The notes below the pieces were generated by a model that ran no database searches, was not told the origin of the DNA, and saw only the letters and a list, made by a program, of their open reading frames with translations. Both the position numbers and the translations under genes were made by a program. Below, piece by piece: positions 1 to 12,702 of a stretch of 64,000 bases of DNA (position 1 is the stretch's first letter; each line of letters starts with the position of its first letter). The stretch is taken from NCBI GenBank assembly GCA_964016885.1, contig OZ024747.1:72726001-72790000 (forward strand), written 5' to 3'. This stretch comes from Eledone cirrhosa. Lineage: Eukaryota.

Positions 1-519
1 GGTGAAATGATTAAACCTTTCCATCTCACACAATCCAACATTAACTGCTTCAGTTCTTCACTGGATAGTTCTGAATCTTCCTCAACAACCCTCTTTAATG
101 TCTTGAGAGTTCTTCCGCATTTGCTTTTCACTTGAGTGAGCTCTCATAGTTAAAGTTTTGTAGCAGGTTTGTTGCTTCTCATGAAGTTGGTGATGGTAGG
201 TCATTGGCAGGTATTGGATGGTATTTTGTAATGATTTAGTAGAAAATATCTAAATGTGCATTTGTTAATTCAAATGTTTATAGTATCTTTACTAATGGAT
301 AGATCATTGTGAAAAATTACAATATTGGAGCCTGATTTTTAATGTGATGCAGTCATATTTTGTGTTTTGTACTTTTTAAGAATACCTTATTAATGTGGTT
401 TCATGTGGTACAGAACATTAAAAGTTCAATACACACACACGTTATTGAACCTCCATTATTTTCAATGGCCAGTGCTCTAGTTGAGTCTATCAACAGAACA
501 GCCTCCTCATGAAATTAAC

Positions 520-752
520 ATGCAAGTGACTGAGTATTCCACAAACATGAGCACTCTTAATGTAGTTCTGAAAGAAAGTCAGCATGACACTATATGACTA
601 GGCTGTCACTTTAAGATAAAGGTACGGCAGTCGACTGGAGCAATGTGAAATAAAGTGTCTTGGTCAATGTAACAACACACTACTGGGAATCAAACTCAAC
701 CATACATTCATGAAATGAAAAGCTTAACCATTATGCCATCCATATGCCTACA
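520..752 (-). mobile_element. tRNA-derived SINE (family 2), degenerate
   Basis: Contains 'gactggagcaatgtgaaataaagtgtcttg...gggaatcaaactc...ttaacca' (reverse B-box-like head). The same block recurs at ~4360, 24360, 39280, 50110 and 60650. Confidence 0.6.
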
Positions 753-968
753 CACATGACCTTGTTTACTCAATAACAATGTTGCCCAGTTTTTCTCATA
801 ATGTTACTCCTGTTTACCCTATAGTACATTGGCTGGGCTAAAAAGCCACATTCGATCGCAGCGCTGTTAGTTGCTATTATGTGTGTGTGTGTATATATAT
901 ATATATATGTATATTATTATTGTTGTTGTTGTCATTATTATTGTTGTTATTATTATTATTATTAATAA

Positions 969-2177
969 GAAAATAGGGTGCCGGTCCCATCCGGGAAATG
1001 GCCATGCTCAGTGTGTAGGAAAGGAGTAGGTAGAAACTCCATTTTATGTCCCAAATGCAAAGTATGGGTGCATAAAAGATGTAGTGGGATCACAGGTAAG
1101 CTAACCAAGAACATAGTTTTTATATGTGGCCGGTGCTCTGGTGCAATAAGTAGCAGCATGTGCCCACAGAATACTAGCTCATTCAATTGCACAGATGGTT
1201 CTATAAAAATAGTGGACAGCTTCCGTTACCTGGGTGACAAAATCAGCAGTGGTGGAGGGTGCTCTAAAAGTACAGTAGCTAGAGTCAGAACTGGATGGAA
1301 AAAGTTCAGAGAGATTATACCACTATTAGCCGCTAAAGGGTTCTCCCTAAAAATGAAAAGCAGGTTGTATGATGCCTGCATACGAACAGCAATGTTGCAT
1401 GGCAGTGAGACCTGCACATTGTGTGCAGAGGATATACACAGACTGGAGAGGAACGAAGCTTGCATGCTCCGCTGGATGTGTAATAGTAATATACGTGAAC
1501 GGCAAAGCATAAACGAACTAAGGGAAAAATTAGAAATAAGAGGGATCAGATGTTGTTTACTCGAGAGAAGACTATGTTGGTATGGTCACGTGATGCGCAT
1601 GAAAGACGACAGCTGTATAAAAAAGTGCAGGGCAATAAAAATAGACGGTAGCCACGGAGTAGGCAGACCCAGAAAAACCTTGGACGACTTGATAAATTCT
1701 GACCTCACACACACACACACCTCTCCAAGACAATGTCACTCAACCGAGATCTTTGGCACTACACAGTAATAGAGAAGACCCGCCTTACCTAAGTACAAAG
1801 TGAAACCTACTACAGTCAGTAGGCACCTCTAACAAAATAACCCCCTTCCCACTACCCCCACCCCATCCACACCACCCCTTTCAATGTAAAGTTAGGTTGG
1901 TACCACAACATCCAGCCCGAAACAAATGAGGTCGTGTAGGTGTCACGACAAAAAAACACACAGTCCACGCTGTAATGTGGCCGTGTAGGTAACACGGTAA
2001 AAACCTCCCAGTCCCACACTGTAAATGTGGTTGGTGTTAGGAAGGGCATCCAGCCGTAGAAAACCCGCCAGAGTCCTATGCGAGCAAGACAACCACTCTT
2101 GCCTCAAGTGGGAAAACTCCCGTCCAAACCCATGCAAGCGTGGAATATGGACGTTAAACGATGATGATGATGATGAT
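969..2177 (+). mobile_element. RTE-clade LINE, family A, 5'-truncated (PHD-like finger, RT C-terminus, 3' UTR, (GAT)n tail)
   Basis: ORF 978-1769 has FRYLG, MLHGSET, LCWYGHV and GRPRKT motifs typical of the RTE ORF2 C-terminus. It ends 'ggacgttaaacgatgatgat' and is near-identical to the copies at 7990 and 41610. Confidence 0.93.
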
Positions 2178-3206
2178 ATATATATGTATATATATATATA
2201 TATTTTTTTTTTCTCTCGTGCAATGGCCATACTCGGTAACGAGGGGGCAGCCATCATATATATATATATATGCATGTGTATATATATTTATATGTGTGTG
2301 TGTCTCAGGTATGTTTCAATTTTAGGGGGTTCCAATCCTATCATAAGGAGTAACATTCCCGTTGGTCCATGAATTCGCAGCCTTACAAGGGTTGGCTGAA
2401 AAGTTCATAGGCTGACTATGAAAGAGTGATGCTAGAGCTCTAAAATCTTGCATGCATTAATTTCAACTTTTCTTATTAATAACTGCATTCTTTCTTTCTG
2501 TAAAATAAACCCCATTTGGTAATTCCATGAGAGTATTTTGGTCAGCCTAAGAATTTTCAGCTGACCCTTCTATAATCATGAATCCAATACCTTAATCACT
2601 GGGCCATGCATTTTACATGCCTTCCCATGTTAACATAACTGAAATAGTTTCTGTATAAATGAATACATTATTGGAAGAAGTGGTTTTACAACTGCACAGC
2701 TCTCTTATTCTGTTGATACCTAAAGCTAATCAACTGTGTAGAGGGAACTAAAACCTGTTTGTCATCGAGGAAAACTGAAACTGATAGCGGATGAATAAAG
2801 CTGGCTTCTGTAATCAGACAGAAGCTCTATATGATCTTCTGATCCGAGACATTGGAAATATCTCAACTAAATTACCATCCACATGACTAACATCTTTTAT
2901 CAGTAACCATCACCATCATCACACAATCACTACCGTTATCCACCACCACTACCAACAACACCATCACCAACACCACTACCAACATCACCAACACCACTAC
3001 CAACATCACCACCACCACCACCACCACCACCACCACCGTAGTGACATCTCTAAGGCAAGGAAATAGAAGACAGTGTGTTTTAACTAGTTCATTCCACTGT
3101 GTGTATATGTATTTATATATATGTGTGTGTGAGTATGAGTATGCTGAATATGCTGTCTCTGAAACAGCGTACAGTAGTCATGGTGACCAAGAACTACTAG
3201 CTTTCC

Positions 3207-3220
3207 GTTGCCACGGTAAC
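3207..3220. promoter_or_regulatory. RFX X-box-like motif gttgccacggtaac
   Basis: Matches GTNRCC-N(0-3)-RGYAAC and lies in a short non-repetitive island. Confidence 0.3.
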
Positions 3221-3434
3221 AACATTGGAAATATTGGTAGTTTGGGAGAGAAATAGCCATGGCTTAAAGTGTGTATGTATTTTAACTTGGTTTCAGTCAT
3301 CCACACTCTCTCTCTCTCTCTTGTTCACACACACACTTTTCAATATATCAAAGTATATATATATATGTTGTGTGTATGTTCAACATTATCATTTTAAGGT
3401 TGCTTTGCTTGTATGCATGTGTGTATAAGTACAT

Positions 3435-3530
3435 AGAGAGAGAGAGAGAGAAAGAGAGAAAGAGAGAAAGAGAGAGAAAGAGAGAAAGAGAGAAAGAGAG
3501 AAAGAGAGAAAGAAAGAAAGAAAGAGAGAG

Positions 3531-3565
<35 letters not shown>

Positions 3566-3566
3566 G

Positions 3567-3597
<31 letters not shown>

Positions 3598-3631
3598 GTG
3601 TGTGTGTGTGTGTGTGTGTGTGCGTGCGTGC
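3435..3631. repeat. Compound microsatellite (GA)n/(GAAA)n/(GT)n
   Basis: Direct reading. Confidence 0.95.
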
Positions 3632-3734
3632 GAGCATTATTAACCCTTTCATCTGAAGACTGCTACTCTACTTTTACCCTCATACATCATCTACCCTATA
3701 GTCCCAGCTGACAGGATGGAAAAAACAAGTGGTG

Positions 3735-4140
3735 AAATGCAGGAGGCTAAATTAAATGCAGAAATTGCAGGAAGCACCTACTTTGGTCATCAGAAGAAGG
3801 GAGTAGGTGTAAAAGTCAAACTCACTCTCTTCAATTTGTTGTTTGTACCTAGCCTTACCTATGGTCATGAATCTTGAGTAATAACTGAAAGAATATGATC
3901 ACAAATACATGCAGCTGAAATAGGGTTCCTTTGAAGGATTCTTTAGAGTAATGTTACTCGATAGCATGGAGATCAGGGAGCTACTCCTGGTACAGTTAAT
4001 CACCTTTTTTACAGATCTTGTTGTTTTTGTGCTGACGGGGTTCCACTTCGCCTCTTCACCAGATCAGAGGCTGGTGGGGGAGCCAGTTTAGTCACTGACC
4101 ACCTGATCACGAAGCAGGTTGTACTGGGTTACATGATATC
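3735..4140 (+). mobile_element. Old RTE/Expander-type LINE 3' fragment
   Basis: Degenerate translation KVKLTLFNLLFVPSLTYGHES*VITERI*SQIHAAEIGFL. Related pieces lie at 24525-24780 (+), 51230-51615 (-) and 60200-60455 (-). Confidence 0.7.
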
Positions 4141-4199
4141 TAGTATTGAGCACTCTCTCAGTTGTAATGCTTGGTATGGTCAGGCCCTTATTGGAATGC

Positions 4200-4478
4200 A
4201 CTTGGAAAATTCCTCTTCAAGGTGCAAGCCTTGTTTAGGTGTGTTTGTTAAAGGCCAGTAGTCACATGACAATTTCTTCACTCAAAGCTACTGATGTTGT
4301 TCATGTAGAGAAAGGCTGATACAGCTCAGTACCATTGTCCTCACAACTCATTTTTTCCAGTCGAGCAAACTGGAGCTACATGAAATAAAATATCTTGCAC
4401 AACCTGGTCAGGGAATTGAGCTCACAACCATACAAACATGAGCCGAAATGCCTAACCAATAAGTCATACATGTCTTCA
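4200..4478 (-). mobile_element. tRNA-derived SINE (family 2), degenerate
   Basis: 'ctggagctacatgaaataaaatatcttgc...gggaattgagctcacaacc...gcctaacca', as in the other family 2 copies. Confidence 0.55.
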
Positions 4479-4626
4479 AGTTATTAATAGCCAAGTAATT
4501 TAGTTTCAGTGAACTTGTCAATCACAAATAAAAGCAGCTGTGCACAACTTTGTTTAGTTTTCACAACTATGATAAATTGATGATGATGCATTATATTTAT
4601 TAAAATGATATCCATATATATATATA

Positions 4627-5454
4627 TAGGGTAAGAACGGGATGGAAGAAGTTTAGGGAACTACTACCACTGCTAGCTGCAAAAGGCTTCTCCCTCAGAA
4701 TGAAAGGCAGACTGTATGATGCGTGTATCCGAACAGCGATGTTGCATGGTAGTGAGACCTGGGCGCTGAAGGTGGAAGACTTACGTAGATTAGAGAGAAA
4801 CGAAGCCTGCATGCTCCGATGGATGTGTAACAGTAATATACGTGAACGACAAAGCATAAAGGAATTGAGAGAGAGACTGAGCATAAGAGGAATCAAATGC
4901 TGCGTGCAGGAGAGGCGGTTACGCTGGTATGGACATGTGATGCGTATGAAGGATGACAGCTGCATAAAAAGGTGCAGAGCACTAGAAGTTGATGGAAACC
5001 GCGGAGTGGGGAGACCCAAGATGACTTGGGATGAGGTGCTAAAAGCCGACCTTACCCAACTACACCTCTCAAAGTCAATGACACACGACCGTGACTTCTG
5101 GCGTCACGCAGTAATACAGGGTACCCGACCTCCCATGGGTACATGCTGAAGCATATAAACAATATGCCCCCCCCCCCCCCACCGCAAGGTGGTCGTGGAG
5201 GTGCCACGGCAAAAAAGCACCCAGCCCACACTGTAAAGTGGACGTGTAGGCGCCACGAAAAAGCACCCAGCACTCACTGTAAATGAGGTTGGTGTTAGGA
5301 AGGGCATCCAGCTGTAGAAATCAAGCCAGATCAGTTCCTGTATGAGCAAGGCATGGTCAGCCGACCAGACACTGCCCACAACAGGAGAACCCGTCTAACC
5401 CATGCTAGCGTGGAAGAACGGACGTAAAACGGTGATGATGATGATGATGATGAT
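4627..5454 (+). mobile_element. RTE-clade LINE, family B, 5'-truncated
   Basis: ORF 4700-5149 is almost identical to 11962-12411. It has a (GAT)n tail, and both ends sit in (TA)n. Confidence 0.94.
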
Positions 5455-5465
5455 ATATATATATA

Positions 5466-5988
5466 TTCAGGTTTGAGGTTCACCACTGTATAGAGCTGGT
5501 CTATTCCGTATGGTCAATCGTAATGTAATAATATAGAGAGTACTCAACATAAAGCAGTTCAACCATCTTTGTTTTTGTAGTTGGTGGTGCTGTTAAGGAG
5601 TTAAATATTATAATGAAATGACAGGAGGCTGGATTTGTGTAAATCCTTGAAAGGTTTATTATACTATGATCATTTCAATGACCGGGTTCCGTATGAATCC
5701 GGTGATATCATCAGGTATTCGAAATATAATACGTGAATGTAATAGATAAAATCCATGGGGCTGAAAATCGAGGACCAGAGGGCGACCGCTATCTTGCACC
5801 CTCTACCTTAGCCGGTCGCCCTCGAGTGACGTGGCTAAAGCTCACAGTGTGCTATTACCGGTCAGATAAAGGAAAACAGAAAGGGATGGGAACATAAGTT
5901 ACAAGACAAAAGAAATGATCATAGTATAAACCTTTCAAGGATTTACACAAATCCAGCCTCCTGTCATTTCATTATAATATATATATAT
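5466..5988. mobile_element. Non-coding fold-back PLE-terminus element with hammerhead
   Basis: Inverted arms 5605-5676 and 5912-5980. The left arm continues into a complete HHR and has an extra tail (5466-5604). Bounded by TA runs. Confidence 0.7.
5661..5718 (-). ncRNA. Type I hammerhead ribozyme motif
   Basis: Minus strand reads atac-CTGATGA-tatcaccgg...ccggtcatt-GAAA-tgatca-ta-gtat: stem I atac/gtat, stem II accgg/ccggt, palindromic stem III tgatca, AUA cleavage triplet. Confidence 0.82.
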
Positions 5989-6053
5989 AAGGAAAAAAGA
6001 TGAAATCGAAAATGCAACTGGAGTCTTATTTAAAAAAAAATATATTTATTTGG

Positions 6054-6092
6054 CCCCTTTACCAGTTTCGCAGTTCTGTTTTTCAAAAGTAG
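6054..6092 (-). ncRNA. Minimal hammerhead-like motif, U3-A8 core variant, degenerate
   Basis: Minus strand reads ctactt-TTGAAAA-acagaactgc-GAAA-ctgg-ta-aagggg. Stems are imperfect. Confidence 0.45.
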
Positions 6093-6746
6093 TGTTGAGA
6101 TGGAGGGTCTGTGGTTTTTGTCACATCTGGTTGGTCTTTGAATGTTACTTGTTTTATATGGAAAAAAGTGGCTCGAAACGCCAGGTTTTTAGAGAAGTAA
6201 TTTGATTTGTTGGTGAATAACTATAATAAATTTCGCACCAGTTCGCGTTACAAAGTTCTTCAAACAGAGGGGGGGGGGGGGGGGGACTCAGGTTGTTATT
6301 TCATATATGAGTGAAGTTTGGTTGGTTGATGCAGTCACATGAATAAGCACATCAGCTTTCATGCCAGTTTGTTTGAATTTCTTTTTACTTAAAAAAAAGT
6401 GGCTCGCGAAGGCTTTTTTTTATAAATGTAATTTAATTGGTTATAAATGGAATTATGAGACTGTCATGTGAACAAGTTCATTAAATATCGCACAATATTT
6501 GGGAATTTATTTTGTAGCCTTTTAGAGAATTTTGTGCCAAACAAAAGATAATGGTCAAGAGAAATGGGATGGGAAGAATTGTTCTGGTTCAGTGAATATG
6601 GGTGGTTCTCTGGGGGTGTCAGAATTCAGACTTTCTATTGAAATAAAGAAAGTAGAAATATGTATGTTTATTTGTGTGCTGATGCATGTGTCTACGTAGG
6701 GAGATTATTCTATTAGTAGAAATGGGGGAGGGAGATGTATGGGTAT

Positions 6747-6798
<52 letters not shown>

Positions 6799-7989
6799 GG
6801 TAGACTATACAAACAATACTCAAAGGAAAGTAGAGAATTATATATAGTAGTATGTAATTGCCACATCTTTTTAGGATTAGCTCAATGTATTTATATAATA
6901 TATAGATTTGAAGAAAAATAAGCTATTAGTGAGAAATAATTGGAGGTGTTAGCAGAAATGCAGAGCAAATATAAACATGCATATCGATGTAATTCCTACC
7001 AGACCACAAATTAATCAATAAAAATACAGTTAAGTTTTTTTTTTTACCATCCCTAATATAGCATTCATAAACCACCAAAAAGTTTCCAAAAAAATCCTCT
7101 ACAAACACCATTGACTTATTACAACATAATTCACCCAATACCAACTCCACTAACATAGGTAATGCTTTAAATTTAAGTACAGTGAACTGACCCAGGGACA
7201 GCAGTGGGAAACTTTAAATTCTTCAGAAAGTTCTACACCTTCCCCTAACATAAACTGTAACTGTAGAGATCCCACTAATTACCCCCTTAATGGATTATGC
7301 CTAACAAGTAACATAGTATATAAATGTACTGTAATAACACAACACTCTACCAGTTCCTATATTGGAGCCTCAGCTAATCTATTTAAGACCTGCTATAATT
7401 CCCACTTACACTAATTTAAAAACAATATAGATGGGTATATGTGAATATATATGTGCATATGGATTCTTACAGGTGTATAATGATGCTATATGTACATATA
7501 TAGGTTATTTGTAGCTATGTGTACCTAGTAAAATAAACTGGTACATACAACCTATAGAGTTTTAAAACATTAACACTTATAATACCGTTTACTGAGGTTA
7601 AATTCAATTGTAACTTCAGTGAATAAATAATACTGTATTTGCAGTAACTCTAATCATATAGTATATTCATGTGAGAACACGAGTGCTGAAAATACATGTC
7701 TGACTAAAATATGTACAATTCAATAAAGAAATCATAATAATGATCCTTGACCTTTTATATACCTGGCATATTATATATCGTATTTCTTGCTTTATACAAA
7801 GAATGCATAAAAATATTCAATGACATATTCGTATTTTACATTTAACCACTGAGAGCAGCATCATTAAATAATTGCTGCACTTCAAACCTTCCATAACCGT
7901 AAAGAAAAACAAAGTTTATATTTTCATAGCTTCAGTGGTGGTGCACACAAAAGGTCAATAAATAAATACCTGTTGTATATTATAAGTGA

Positions 7990-9175
7990 GCACCGGTCCC
8001 ATCCGGGAAATAGCCACGCTCAGTGTGTAGGAAAGGAGTAGGTAGAAACTCCATTTTATGTCCCAAATGCAAAGTATGGGTGCATAAAAGATGTAGTGGG
8101 ATCACAGGTAAGCTAACTAAGAACATAGATTTTATATGTGGCCGGTGCTCTGGTGCAATAAGTAGCAGCAAGTGCCCACAGAATACTAGCTCATTCCATT
8201 GCACAGATGGTTCTATAGAAATAGTGGACAGCTTCCGTTACTTGGGTGACAAAATCAGCAGTGGTGGAGGGTGCTCCGAAAGTACAGTACAGTAGCTAGA
8301 GTCAGAACTGGATGGAAAAAGTTCAGAGAGCTTATACCACTATTAGCCGCTAAAGGGTTCTCTCTAAAAATGAAAGGCAGGCTGTATGATGCCAGCATAC
8401 GAACAGCAATGTTACATGGCAGTGAGACCTGCGCATTGTGTGCAGAGGATATACGCAGACTAGAGAGGAACGAAGCTTACATGCTCCGCTGGATGTGTAA
8501 TAGTAATATACGTGAACGGCAAAGCATAAACGAACTAAGGGAGAAATTAGGAATAAGAGGGATCAGATGTTGTTTACTCGAGAGAAGACTATGTTGGTAT
8601 GGTCACGTGATGCGCATGAAAGACGACAGCTGTATAAAAAAGTGCAGGGCAATGAAAATAGACGGTAGCCACGGAGTAGGCAGACCCAGAAAAACCTGGG
8701 ACGACTTGATAAATTCCGAACTCACACACACCTCTCCAAGACAATGTCACTGGACCGAGATCTTTGGCGCTACACAGTAATAGAGAAGACCCGCCTTACC
8801 TAAGTACAAAGTGAAACCTACTACAGTCAGTAGGCACCTCTAACAAAAATACACCCCCGTCCCACTACCCCCACCCCACCCCTTTCAATGTAAAGTTATG
8901 TTGGTACCACAACATCCAGTCCGAAACAAATGAGGTCGTGTAGGTGTCATGACAAAAAAACACACAGTCCATGCTGTAATGTGGCCGTGTAGGTAACACG
9001 GTAAAAAACTCCCAGTCCACACTGTAAACATGGTTGCTGTTAGGAACGGCATCCAGCCGTAGAAAACCCGCCAGACAGTCCTATGCGAGCAAGACAACAC
9101 TCTTGCCTCAAGTGGGAAAACTCCCGTCCAAACCCATGCAAGCGTGGAAGATGGACGTTAAACGATGATGATGAT
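7990..9175 (+). mobile_element. RTE-clade LINE, family A, 5'-truncated, frameshifted
   Basis: ORFs 8023-8295 and 8271-8780 are one reading frame broken by a small duplication (agtacagtacagt). (GAT)n tail. Confidence 0.93.
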
Positions 9176-9430
9176 TCTGAAGATTTCTCTACAAAGGTAT
9201 TGAAAATAATGTCCTTTGGAGACAAATGAAACATATGTAAATCAAATAATGTATTCATTGTTAAAACTTGGTGATCTATTTTTTACGATATATATATATA
9301 TATTATAACAGATTAAAGTTTAAACAAAGAATTGCTGATTTTAGTCTTCACATTTATTATTATTACTATATATATATATATATTATTACTATATATATAT
9401 ATATATTATTACTATATATATATATATATA

Positions 9431-12411
9431 GAAATGCTAGAGCGAAAGGAAGTTGATGTATGCTGTGTGCAAGAGACTAGATGGAGAGGAGGGTCTGCTA
9501 GAGTCCTTGTAGGAAAAAGCCAGTGCTACAAATTTTTCTGGGTGGGAAATGACGATGGGATGGGTGGTGTAGGTATACTACTAGCTGACAAGTGGGTAGA
9601 TAAAGTAATCTCAGTGTACAGGGTAAATGCAAGAATCATTAAACTCAGACTAGTCCTGAATAAGACAATTACCACAATAATATCAGCTTACGCACCCCAA
9701 TCGGGGCTGCCAGACGAACTTAAGGATAGGTTTTACGAGTCCCTAATACACACTACTGCTCTAACAGACGACAAGGACTTCCTAATCATTGCAGGAGATT
9801 TTAACGGACACGTAGGTAAACACTGCGACGGCTTCAATAGAGTACATGGAGGCCATGGAGTTGGCACAAGGAATGAGGAAGGATTCAGACTTCTAGAATT
9901 CTGCGACGCCAATGACATGTCGATATGTAACACAAACTTTAAAAAACCCGACAACCACCTGATCACCTATAGATCAGGGGAGCACTCTAGTCAGTTAGAT
10001 TTTATCCTCATCAGAGGACGTGACAGATGGACGGTCGTAAACACAAAAGCCTTCCCTAGTGAGGAATGTACATCCCAACATAGCTTAGTTGTCAGCGACC
10101 TCACGGTCAGAACTAGACGAGCCCTGAAACAGAGGCCAACCTGGAGAAGAAAGATCTGGAAGCTGAAAGTCCCCTCAACCAGTAACAGATTTAAAGATAT
10201 TTTACTCAACGCCTACGACAGTAAAGAAGAACAGATAGAGACATTTAACGTAGAAGAGAACTGGGAGTTCCTAAAAAATAACTTACTAGAGGCGACGGAT
10301 GAGGTTTGTGGCTGGAGTAAGACCTCAAGCAGGAGGAGAGTGACTTGGTGGTGGAACAATAAGGTAGATGAAGCAGTCAAGGCCAAGAGACAGGCATGGA
10401 AAGAATGGAAGAACGGGGGGAGCAGGGTACATTACATAGAGACCAAGAGGGAAGCTAGGCGACAAGTATACTTAGCTAGGAGGGAAGCAGAGGATAGAAA
10501 ATTCAAGCATGTTTTACAACGTGAGGACCAGAAACAGGAGGTATTCAAGATTGCGAGGCAGTGTGTCAGAGATAGTTGTGATGTCATTGGAGAGAAGTGT
10601 ATCCGGAATGATAAAGGTGAGCTTGCCCTCACAAGTGCTGAGAAGAAAGATGCATGGAAGAGTCATTATGATAGATTACTAAATGAGGAGAATGCATGGG
10701 AAGAAGAGACCCTACCCCATGTAGACCCTATAGAGGGACCAGCAGTACAAGTCAGCGGCAGCGTAGTAAGTAAGGCAATCAGAGATATGAAGATGGGGAA
10801 GGCAACCGGTCCATCGGGTATAGCTGCCGAGATGCTGAAGGCATCTGGGTCTGTAGGTCACACTATAACCACACGTATCGTTAACCAGGTAATACTAGAA
10901 GGGGCCATACCAAAAGATTGGTGCAGTAGCATCATTGTCAACTGCTACAAAGGTAAAGGCGATGCACTAGATAGAGGAAACTATAGAGGTATAAAGTTGA
11001 TGGACCAGGTCATGAAAGTAACAGAAAGAGTTATAGCACAGCTGATTAGGGACCGAGTTAATATAGACGAGATGCAATTTGGGTTTGTACCAGGGAGAGG
11101 CACCACTGATGCCCTCTTCCTTGTGAGGCAATTACAGGAAAAGTACTTAGCTAAAAGTAAGCCACTCTACTTGGCATTTGTCGACCTTGAGAAAGCCTTT
11201 GACAGAGTTCCACGTGCAGTAATCTGGTGGGCTCTTAGAAAACTAGGAGTAGATGAATGGCTTGTGAAAGCGGTACAAGCCATGTATAGGGGAGCAGTCA
11301 GCAAAGTTAGGATTAGCAATGAGTATAGCGAGGAATTTAGCGTACAGGTTGGGGTCCACCAGGGCTCTGTTCTTAGCCCTCTCCTGTTCATCATAGTCCT
11401 GCAGGCAATAACGGAGGAGTTTAAGACCGGATGCCCATGGGAACTCCTGTATGCTGATGACCTCGCACTCATAGCTGAATCTATGGTAGAACTAGAGAAT
11501 AAATTCCAAACCTGGAAGCAGGGACTAGAGAGAAAGGGCCTCAAAGTCAACATGACAAAGACTAGGTCCTTGTAAGTAGACGAGAAAACAGAACCCAGAT
11601 CCCCTCAGGGAAATGGCCATGCTCAGTATGTAGGAAAGGTGTAGGTAGGAACTCCATTCTCTGCCCCAAATGCAAACAATGGGTACACAAGAGATGTAGC
11701 GGGATCTCAGGAAGCTTAATTAAGAATGTAGGATTCACATGCAGCAGCTGTGCTGAAACAGCAAGCAAACAGCCACAGGAAACAAGTACCACCAATCTCT
11801 GGGAGGGCCCTGTAGAAACAGTAGACAGCTTCTGCTACCTAGGTGACCGAATTAGCAACGGAGGTGGGTGCTCAGAAAGTACAATAACTAGGGTAAGAAC
11901 GGGATGGAAGAAGTTTAGGGAACTACTACCACTGCTAGCTGCAAAAGGCTTCTCCCTCAGAATGAAAGGCAGACTGTATGATGCGTGTATCCGAACAGCG
12001 ATGTTGCATGGTAGTGAGACCTGGGCGCTGAAGGTGGAAGACTTACGTAGATTAGAGAGAAACGAAGCCTGCATGCTCCGATGGATGTGTAACAGTAATA
12101 TACGTGAACGACAAAGCATAAAGGAATTGAGAGAGAGACTGAGCATAAGAGGAATCAAATGCTGCGTGCAGGAGAGGCGGTTACGCTGGTATGGACATGT
12201 GATGCGTATGAAGGATGACAGCTGCATAAAAAGGTGCAGAGCACTAGAAGTTGATGGAAACCGCGGAGTGGGGAGACCCAAGATGACTTGGGATGAGGTG
12301 ATAAAAGCCGACCTTACCCAATTACACCTCTCAAAGACAATGACACACGACCGTGACTTCTGGCGTCACGCAGTAATACAGGGTACCCGACCTCCCATGG
12401 GTACATGCTGA
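9431..12411 (+). pseudogene. LINE ORF2: apurinic-type endonuclease + reverse transcriptase, with one frameshift near 11567
   Basis: APE motifs VQETRW, SAYAPQ, GDFNGH, LDFIL, SQHSLV; RT motifs NYRGI, QFGF, FVDLEKAFD, HQGSVLSP, LYADD. The frame resumes after 11567 as VLVSRRENRTQIPSGKWPC... and runs to the stop at 12411. The track start at 9332 is microsatellite read-through. Confidence 0.93.
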
Positions 12412-12690
12412 AGCATATAAACAATATGCCCCCACCGCAAGGTGGTCGTGGAGGTGCCACGGCAAAAAAGCACCCAGCCCACACTGTAAAGTGGACGCCA
12501 CGAAAAAGCACCCAGCACTCACTGTAAATGAGGTTGGTGTTAGGAAGGGCATCCAGCTGTAGAAATCAAGCCAGATCAGTTCCTGTATGAGCAAGGCATG
12601 GTCAGCTGACCAGACACTGCCCACAACAGGACAACCCGTCTAACCCATGCTAGCGTGGAAGAACGGACGTAAAACGGTGATGATGATGAT
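9431..12690 (+). mobile_element. Near full-length RTE-clade LINE, family B
   Basis: APE endonuclease, RT, PHD-like finger, C-terminus, 3' UTR and (GAT)n tail. The 5' end is truncated in the APE N-terminus and joined to (TA)n. Confidence 0.96.
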
Positions 12691-12702
12691 ATATATATAT
12701 AC

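Noticed and set aside
1226-1510. Antisense ORFs over RTE copies (also 4600, 11167, 11835, 41004, 53475)
   Set aside because: These are shadow frames of LINE ORF2, repeated only because the element is repeated.
6100-7840. Possible decayed PLE body next to the 6054 motif
   Set aside because: No convincing protein motifs could be read.
7845-7900. ctgaga-gcagca...tgctgc hairpin resembling an HHR relic
   Set aside because: There is no GAAA box or stem III.
9332-9430. Hydrophobic N-terminal extension of LINE ORF2
   Set aside because: It is read-through of the flanking TA/ATT microsatellite; the element is 5'-truncated at ~9431.
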